A DNA stretch of 16,804 bases from Paraspadella gotoi (taxonomy: Eukaryota; Animalia; Chaetognatha), in contig CM119266.1 of assembly GCA_051294375.1 (NCBI GenBank), positions 11,007,580 to 11,024,383 of the forward strand, written 5' to 3'. The position numbers were made by a program, and so were the translations under genes. The notes beneath the pieces are model-generated. The model had not been told where the DNA came from, did not search any database, and was given only the letters and a program-made list of their open reading frames with translations. How positions within the stretch are numbered: position 1 is the stretch's first letter; every line of letters begins with the position of its first letter. Shown here piece by piece: positions 9,512-16,804 of this stretch.

Positions 9512-10236
9512 GTGAGATGGCNNNNNNNNNNNNNNNNNNNNNNNNNNNNNNNNNNNNNNNNNNNNNNNNNNNNNNNNNNNNNNNNNNNNNNNNNNNNNNN
9601 NNNNNNNNNNNNNNNNNNNNNNNNNNNNNNNNNNNNNNNNNNNNNNNNNNNNNNNNNNNNNNNNNNNNNNNNNNNNNNNNNNNNNNNNNNNNNNNNNNNN
9701 NNNNNNNNNNNNNNNNNNNNNNNNNNNNNNNNNNNNNNNNNNNNNNNNNNNNNNNNNNNNNNNNNNNNNNNNNNNNNNNNNNNNNNNNTTAACAAATTCA
9801 TCCAATCTCCAAAAAATTTAATAAACAATTTATATAATATATTCACAGGAAAAACCGTGGAATAATTACTAAACGAGGAAAAATTGTTAATAAAAAATAA
9901 AATCGCGACACCAAATTTTTTTTTGTATCAAGAATTTTCGCGGTGAAATTCCTGTTTTGTAAATTTACATTTTGGCGCGCGATGAAAAGAAAAGCGGATA
10001 TCGCGCTGCGTCGAAAAAATTAATCCCATTTTTTTCTTTTTCTTTNNNNNNNNNNNNNNNNNNNNNNNNNNNNNNNNNNNNNNNNNNNNNNNNNNNNNNN
10101 NNNNNNNNNNNNNNNNNNNNNNNNNNNNNNNNNNNNNNNNNNNNNNNNNNNNNNNNNNNNNNNNNNNNNNNNNNNNNNNNCCACCCGGGAATGGAGATTT
10201 CGAAAGCCAAGAAACATTCATCGGGCGTTTTAAAGA

Positions 10237-10325
10237 CTTAGGGCGCCCTTTGACGATGTTCTTTAGGCGCCACTCGACGCCCTTAGAGGCTCATCGACGC
10301 CCATCTTAAGGCGCCCGACGACGCT
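10237..10325. repeat. Degenerate 21-24-bp repeat (cttaaggcgcc..gacg)
   Basis: Four related units start at 10237, 10261, 10282 and 10305. Confidence 0.55.
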
Positions 10326-10476
10326 AAGGGGAAACATTGTAGACGCGCCTATTGCGTCAGCCGCAGCCACCCGTCGTCAGCAGCAGCCTCAGCCGAACAT
10401 CTTCGACATCAGCAGTCGCGCCGCTGAATTCTCCCATCGATTGAGCGACCTTTCCAGAGCTCGTTGGCTGCGCTGA
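10267..10476 (+). CDS. Candidate terminal exon, unknown product
   Basis: ttctttag| is followed by 69 sense codons and TGA (...ASAAATRRQQQPQPNIFDISSRAAEFSHRLSDLSRARWLR*). The stretch is GC-rich and is followed by AT-rich, UTR-like sequence. Confidence 0.2.
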   Translation, partial: APLDALRGSSTPILRRPTTLRGNIVDAPIASAAATRRQQQPQPNIFDISSRAAEFSHRLSDLSRARWLR

Positions 10477-11241
10477 ATTTAATCTATTTTTTATTCTATA
10501 TTTATTTTCTTTGTCAGTGTTATATTTTGTTCAGTGCTCTTGTCCGTTAGACTTCATATATTAATCTCGGTATAAAGTGGTCTGAAAATGTTTAAATTCT
10601 GAAAATTTAAAATCTGAAAAACGTAAACTCATCAAATCTTTATATCCTCAGATTAATACATCTTCAGATCTTCAAATGTTCAAATGTTTAAATCTTCTAC
10701 AATCACCGACATTCCTCCATTTGCCGACACTCTGAACCGAATCTTGGAAAGGAATTCCGCCGCCAGAGTAAAGACTAAAAAAAGATCGGAGGGGGGGTGG
10801 GCGCTCTAGAGGGGGGGGCGGTTGAAAATGGCTCAAATGAGGATGAAACTCATTTTCCGCTGGTTATGAGCCAAAAAGGAAGCAATTTTCACTTCAAGGC
10901 TGCGCACTATTACCATAACTAATCCGGCGACTGACTCTGACTCTCTCTCTCTCTTCCGTCTCTATTCGTCTCTGTCTCCCCCTCTCTCTCTGTTTTGTGC
11001 CTCTGTCTCTATCTCGACGGCACGCCCTCGCTTTCACCCTCAAGGTTGCGCGGGAACGAGAGAATCCGAAGAATTCANNNNNNNNNNNNNNNNNNNNNNN
11101 NNNNNNNNNNNNNNNNNNNNNNNNNNNNNNNNNNNNNNNNNNNNNNNNNNNNNNNNNNNNNNNNNNNNNNNNNNNNNNNNNNNNNNNNNNNNNNNNNNNN
11201 NNNNNNNNNNNNNNNNNNNNNNNNNNNNNNNNNNNNNNNNN

Positions 11242-11274
<33 letters not shown>
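11242..11274. repeat. (AG)n microsatellite at a gap edge
   Basis: Perfect AG run. Confidence 0.95.
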
Positions 11275-11276
<2 letters not shown>

Positions 11277-11409
11277 CTAACGTGTATAATAATAAGAGGG
11301 AAAGAAAGAAAGATAAGGCTGTATGTAGTAGTAGTTTCTGATTTCATTATTTCTACATTATCTTGTTGAGGATATAATAGTAGATAAAACAATTTAAATT
11401 TTAAAATCT

Positions 11410-11500
11410 TCGTCGTCGTTATCATCGTCGTCGTCGTAATCATCGTCGTCGTCGTTTTCGTCGTCTCCGTCGTTTTCGTCATCATCGTCATCGTCGTCGT
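11410..11500. repeat. Degenerate (CGT/CAT)n trinucleotide repeat
   Basis: Runs of cgt and cat triplets. Confidence 0.85.
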
Positions 11501-11619
11501 TTTCCCGGTTTTTTATACCTCGCGAAGATTCGTTAATTAAATACATCTATTATGCAAATTGAAATGTAAAAACTGGAAACTGATTCGTCGACGCAGCCCC
11601 GGTCATAAAGCCGGGAGGA

Positions 11620-11830
11620 AAGGGGAGATAGAGAGAGAGAAAAAAAAAGAAAGAGAGAGAAGGGGAGAAAAGAAAAAGAGAGAGAGAATAGAGAGAGAGG
11701 AGAACGGAGAGAAGATGAGAGAAGAGATAGTGCGATACGATAAAGACGAGAGTGACAGCAAAGAGAGAGAGAGAGAGAGACCAAAAGAGAGCTCGAATCC
11801 GAAGAGAAAGAAAAGCGGAAAAACGAAAAA
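11620..11830. repeat. Purine-rich low-complexity (GA/A) tract
   Basis: Almost exclusively A and G. Confidence 0.85.
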
Positions 11831-12157
11831 CGGTAAATAAGAAACATAAGACGTCCATGTTGGACAAAGAAATTTTTTGAAAGGAATAAGAAAAAAAAAA
11901 ATACCTGCGGATTTTAAACGAAGGACTCTTAAAAAATAGCCGGCATGGGCGAGACTTTGGCCGCCTGAGGGGGGGAGAAGGGGGGCGGCGAGAGAAAGAG
12001 AAAGAACTTTAAGATTGGAGGGAAAAAAAGAAGGAAGCTTAAGGAGACAAAAGATGTTTGCGGTTTATGCTCCCTTGTCGCGATTCGAACAATTCCCACA
12101 ATGGTTTCGCGACTTTGGAGAACATTTTTCAAAAGGGAAAGAGTCACTCCTGGCTGA

Positions 12158-12162
12158 CTCTT

Positions 12163-12227
<65 letters not shown>

Positions 12228-12230
12228 TTC
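12158..12230. repeat. (CT)n microsatellite
   Basis: CT run with few interruptions. Confidence 0.95.
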
Positions 12231-12420
12231 CTTCTTTTCCTCATCCATTAAAACCATCCCTTACAACGTATATTTCTGGAACGATGTATGAAAAGCACCT
12301 TCATTCTTTAAACCACTCAGCTTCCCTGCTATCACTGGCGACCACCACTTTCCATTACCACCATCACCACCAGTCACCACGTCCACCCCCACCCCTGTTC
12401 TTGATTTATTTATTCTTCAG

Positions 12421-12541
12421 ACCCAAGAAACTCCTACGCCTTCACCATCTGAGCTTTGACAGCGGGAAAAATAACGACCTTCGCGTAATTCCGCATTCGG
12501 AATCGAAATTAGCGGAAGGCGGAGGGCGAGTAGCGATTTGA
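12421..12541 (+). CDS. Candidate terminal exon, unknown product
   Basis: Acceptor tttatttattcttcag| followed by the open frame PKKLLRLHHLSFDSGKNNDLRVIPHSESKLAEGGGRVAI*, which has a complex amino-acid composition. No family recognised. Confidence 0.25.
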
Positions 12542-12653
12542 ACTAAAGGGCGAGTAGCGAGTCGTAATTAGCAACAAGAAGGGATTTGAATTAAGGGCAA
12601 GTAGGGAGTCTTAATAAAGGGCGGGTGGCGATAAAAGCTAAGGCGAGTAGCGT
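12523..12653. repeat. ~24-bp-period minisatellite with a 14-bp core (agggcgagtagcga)
   Basis: Cores at 12523, 12547, 12594, 12618 and 12640. An exact 22-bp copy of 12597-12618 recurs at 12747-12768. Confidence 0.8.
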
Positions 12654-13376
12654 ATTTACTTCCGGTATGGGAAGGTCTCGAAGGCGGGGGAGGTTTGCCG
12701 CGGACTGTTGCGAGGGAGGAAGCACACGTTCCAGAAATGGTGAATTGCAAGTAGGGAGTCTTAATAAATTATCGTTACGAGATGCCGAACTGACGCGCAC
12801 CTTTCTCGCTAAATGTCCCCCGCCATCCTTCATACACCGCGCCAGGAACCTCTAGCTCCGGGTGACGAGACCAATCGAGTTCTCTTCAGCCGAAGGAAAT
12901 TCCTTTTCGTTACGACGTATTTTTCTTTAATGACGTGTCGCCGCCATCGACGCTTCCTGGGGTATCGTGGTTCTTGTTGTCGACGTCGTTGTAATTGGTT
13001 GCCGTTTGTAGTCAGTTTTTTTTTCGTTTTTATTATTCATTAAATAAGCTATCTTGCCTCGGACTCGGACTTCGATCGACTATCTATCTCTATTCACTAT
13101 TCACTCACTACACAGAGTTAAATGTTTGTAATTATCTTATTACAGCTTGTCTGTGTTTTTTGTTTTATTTTTTCTTCCTTCTTTTTTTTTACATTCCCGA
13201 TCGAATCGGGCGAATCTAGCTTAAAAAAAAAAAAGACTTTTCCTGGTCTCGATCTCGGAACCCTCTCGATACTAAACTCGCATCCTTTTTTCTCCGCCGT
13301 CGAAGCGTCTTTCGTCGCCAGGAATAACGTAAAACGATGCCGCCACTGTGTGTGAGAGAGACGGCCTCTGTGTGTA

Positions 13377-13660
13377 TTTTTAGTTGCGCCACGACTCACT
13401 TTTCGGTCGGTCTGTCGGTCGGTCTGTCGGTCTGTCCTACTTACATTAAAAATGCATATAATTTGCCTTTACTCATTTGTTAAGACAGAAAAACCTCAAA
13501 TCTAAGTAACTGCTAGCGCCGCCTTCAGGAATTACCAAAACTATAAGGAATAAGAGACAAAATTTTGATGCATGTCATGTCAAGTCATATCATGTGAGCA
13601 AAATATATACGTGAAAATAAAGTCACTGCGGCGCAATACATTGGAATTACCGTTCTTGTT
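13377..13660 (+). mobile_element. Non-autonomous HINE/DINE-1-like element, copy 2
   Basis: Starts tttttagttgcgcc, followed by a cggt/ctgt microsatellite (~13404-13436). Blocks shared with copy 1 include ctcatttgttaa, tcaaatctaag, gcgccgcctt and aaactataaggaataa. The 3' subTIR gcggcgcaa is at 13628-13636 and the terminus is ttggaattaccgttcttgtt. T-runs flank both ends. Confidence 0.8.
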
Positions 13661-13829
13661 TTTTCTTTCTTTTTCTCTCTCATCGTTCCTCTTTCCTTAT
13701 TTTCTCTCCTCCTTTCCTTCCTTCGCTAATGAAGAAACTGAAAAGAGGATGAAATGGTTCCGACGCCGAAAAAATTCAGCCGCCGACGCCGGTGCCAATG
13801 TAGGCGATGGGAAGAGAGAGAGAGAATGA

Positions 13830-14905
13830 TCCATGTCCATTTATTATCGACCAACGACATACTTTTTTCCCTATGCCTTTTTCACTAATTTCTTCTCTCT
13901 CTCTTTCTCTCGTCGTTCTTCTCTCTCTCCTCTCTCTCTCTCTTCCTCCTCTCCTCTCTTCCTCTCTCTTCCTCTACTCTCTCTCTCTCCTTACACACTC
14001 ACACACACACATCTCAGCCCGTCTCCCGCTCTCTCTCTCCTCTCTCCCTTCTTCTAATCCTCGTCTCAATTACGTGCTCCTCTCTTTCTTTTTGTCTTTT
14101 CTCTCTGCAAGCAAAGTTGTTGCTGTTTTCATTTCTGTTTCTGATTTCTTTTTTTTCTTTTTTATATGATTGCACACATCTTTACTTCACATTCTATATT
14201 TAACCCTCACTGTAACATTCACTTCCAGTCATTCCTATTCTCTCTCCAAGTGCCGTTTCATCAGTGCTATACATCAGTACGCAGACAAAAGATCCCAAAT
14301 TCGTTTTTTTTTCCTCCGTTTCACTCTTCTCACGATCTGCCTCCAGCGGTTCGTCTCTTCCTCTCTCTCTCTCTCATGCTTGCATCTCTCTCTCTCTCTC
14401 TCTCCTCTATTCGTTTCTCTCCTCTCCCTCCTCTCATCTCTCCCCTACTCTTCCCCTTCTCTTCTTTCTTCTCTCTTCTACCTCCCCCCGTCTTATCTCC
14501 TCTCCTCCTATTTCTATTGCACCCCTTGGAAACTGTTTTTGTAACACGTTTCACCTCTCTCTCTCTTCTGCTCGCCTTCTGTTTACTTTTACATCTTAAT
14601 CTCCATTCCACATGCTTACCCTCATTTTTCCGCCTACCGCGCCCGCCTTTCACTCGCTTCTCTCCTACTTCCATCGCCTACATTGGCACCGCCTCGAAAT
14701 TGCTTGAACATGGAGCTGAGGTTGGGGACGAAGAAGGACAGAAGCCGGGGGGTAGGGGAACCAGAGAAAAAAACGTGACAAGAGAGGGAAGAAAGGAAAT
14801 TTCAAGGGGCAAAAGCCCAAAGGTTGCTTCTTTTCAAAGAATATTTCCACTCTCTCTCTCGTTCGGCTATTTTTCTCCTTCCGACGGATATACCTTTCTT
14901 TCCCA
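13830..14905 (+). repeat. Insertion-rich direct duplicate of 15989-16804, CT-rich
   Basis: Anchors include gaaactgttt (~14530 vs ~16593), agaagccgggggg (~14740 vs ~16676), gttgcttcttttcaaagaatatt (~14823 vs ~16740) and gatatacctttctttcc (~14887 vs ~16788). The 5' boundary is approximate. Confidence 0.8.
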
Positions 14906-15988
14906 CCCCCGCCCCTGAATTTTTCCGCCCCCACCGCAAAGCGATACTCCCCGGAGCGCCCCCGTTCTCTCTGAAAACGCCCCCACCCCCCCCCCCCCCG
15001 CCTTTCGGAACCCTCTGTCCTCCCTCTTTTTCCACGTTTCCTCTCCATTAGCGACCCACGCCACGGAAGCGGTTCTGCGCGCGACTGGAAATAAGGTATC
15101 CTTGATTTCAGCATATTCTCTGTGTATTTTTTACGATGAATGTGTGTGATCAAGATTAAGAAAAAACAAGAACTTAGTAGTATGTTAAGTTTTTCTCTCA
15201 TATTTGGTTCTTTACTTCTTTTTTTGTCTTTCGTCCTCTTACCCCCTACGTGTGTTTCTTATCTTCTCTCTTCTTCTCACTATCTATCTCTTCATATTTC
15301 TCCCTTTGCTCACTATGATATCGACTTGACAATGACATTGCATGCAAAATTTTGTATCTCTGTCGACTACCTTACTAGTTTTGGATATCATAAACATTTC
15401 CTATGAAGGCGGCTGCTGCAGTCACCTTATATATTAGAAATCGGCGTTTCTCTCTCCTGTCCTTTACACAAATGAGGTAGTAAAGGCAAACCTCTATATG
15501 CATTTTTACCCCTCTGCTATCTGTGACGCAGACCGATCCCGACCACGCAACTCGCGACCGAATAAACGTGAGAATTCTCGGTTGATTGCGCTCAACTTGA
15601 TAAAATCAGGAGTTTACGCTACACCATGACGCGCNNNNNNNNNNNNNNNNNNNNNNNNNCATGTTGGAACGAGGGAATGGTACATATTTTTTTTTAAGTC
15701 ACCGTATTAATATAAATGAATCCGTCGGATTCGAACGCGGCGGATGAGGACTGAAAAAAATTGATGAATTCCGAAGACTCGTTTTAAAAGTTTTAATTCA
15801 ATTTAATTTAATTTAATTTATGGTTTCATCCTTTAATATTTTATCTTTTAAACGATCTACGAGTTTCATTCGGAGAGCGCGGGTTTGAGAAAAATTGGGG
15901 ATTAGAAACGGATGTTCGGTAATTGAATCTAAATCGGAATGAATGTAGACAAAAAGAAAAGATNNNNNNNNNNNNNNNNNNNNNNNNN

Positions 15989-16804
15989 CCATTTTAAGAC
16001 GACCATCTTTTTTTCCTCATTTACAATCTCTCTCTCTCTCTCTCTCATTCTCCATCTCTCCTCTTCTCTCTCTCTCAGTCTCCTCATCTCTCTCTCCCGT
16101 CTCTCTCTCGTCTCTCTCTCCATCTCCTCTCTCATCTATATCTTTTTTTCTTTTCTTCTGGCCAAAAGCAAAGGGAGAGTGATGCAACAAACTCTTTACT
16201 TCCATCATAATCCGCTTAAAAAACTGTCAACGGATTCACTCCCATCTCTAATATCCGTTCTTCTCCTTTCTCCTCCCGCCCACGATACTCCGGCACATTA
16301 TTTTTTTTTTCATATTATAAAATTCTCTCCTGTCCTTCTTTCTCAGTTTTCCCAGTGATATCGTTCCTCATTCTCTCTCCTCTATCCTCCTCAGCAACAT
16401 CTTACTTCCATCATATCCTCTACTGTACGATTCACTCCATCTCAATCCGTTTCTCTTTCTCTCGCACATATTTTTTTTCTATTCCTCAGTTTCCAGTGAT
16501 ATCGTCTCTCTCTCTCTCTCTCTTACTCCCACTCTCTCTCTCTTTTTCTCTCTTTCACTCCCCCCGTCTGATTTTCTTTCTATGCCTCCTGAGAAACTGT
16601 TTGTGAAACGTTCACCTTGTTTATTATGCTCCATTCCTCTTTCGCCTCTGCGCGTGAAAGTGAACAGAGAGGGGGAGAAGCCGGGGGGAACAGAGAAAAA
16701 GTGAAAGAGAGGGAGAAAAGAATTTCAAGGGCAAACAAAGTTGCTTCTTTTCAAAGAATATTCACTCTCTCTCTATTTCTCCTTCGCGATATACCTTTCT
16801 TTCC
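15989..16804 (+). repeat. Second copy of the 13830-14905 segment, running off the window end
   Basis: Begins immediately after a 25-N gap. Alignment is clearest over 16575-16804. Confidence 0.8.

Larger units (their letters stand above)
2684..15988. other. Nine assembly gaps
   Basis: N-runs at 2684-2708 (25), 7337-7534 (198), 8405-8414 (10), 8763-8957 (195), 9522-9788 (267), 10046-10180 (135), 11078-11241 (164), 15635-15659 (25) and 15964-15988 (25). Confidence 0.99.

Noticed and set aside
7238-11491. ORFs containing long X runs
   Set aside because: They stay open only because they cross N gaps.
11905-11964. 60-nt minus-strand exon candidate (ccctcag| ... cag|gtattt)
   Set aside because: The donor is weak, pyrimidine tracts are ubiquitous here, and the peptide is uninformative.
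12523-12653. CRISPR-like repeat-spacer appearance
   Set aside because: Cores are only 14 bp, the linkers are mostly about 10 bp and related to each other, there are no cas genes, and the context is eukaryotic.
14166-14918. 250-aa ORF, the longest in the window
   Set aside because: An S/L/F/P-rich translation of CT low-complexity DNA in an insertion-rich duplicate; the indels relative to the second copy do not preserve frame.
16342-16510. Local repeat ctcagttt(t)cc(c)agtgatatcgt x2
   Set aside because: It falls in a probably noisy gap extension and is likely another overlap artefact.

Overview
Gappy eukaryotic (probably invertebrate animal) draft scaffold. It contains nine N-gaps (about 1,044 N), many AG/CT and GAC/GTC microsatellites, and no CpG depletion. 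I cannot support any complete gene, RNA gene, CRISPR array or prokaryote-type system; almost all listed ORFs are translations of simple repeats or Ns. The best-supported biology is two inverted copies (605-917 minus, 13377-13660 plus) of a ~300-bp non-autonomous element built like a Helentron-associated HINE/DINE-1: subterminal inverted repeats, a 5' palindrome, a GTCG/GTCY microsatellite, a small 3' hairpin and insertion into T-runs. The largest structures are two near-tandem duplications (about 3570-6420 vs 6905-8404, and about 13830-14905 vs 15989-16804) in which one copy carries dense single-base insertions. These are most likely uncorrected long-read gap fills rather than real duplications. 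There are also a few low-confidence exon candidates, several minisatellites and promoter-like motif clusters. I did not find a convincing novel biological system.
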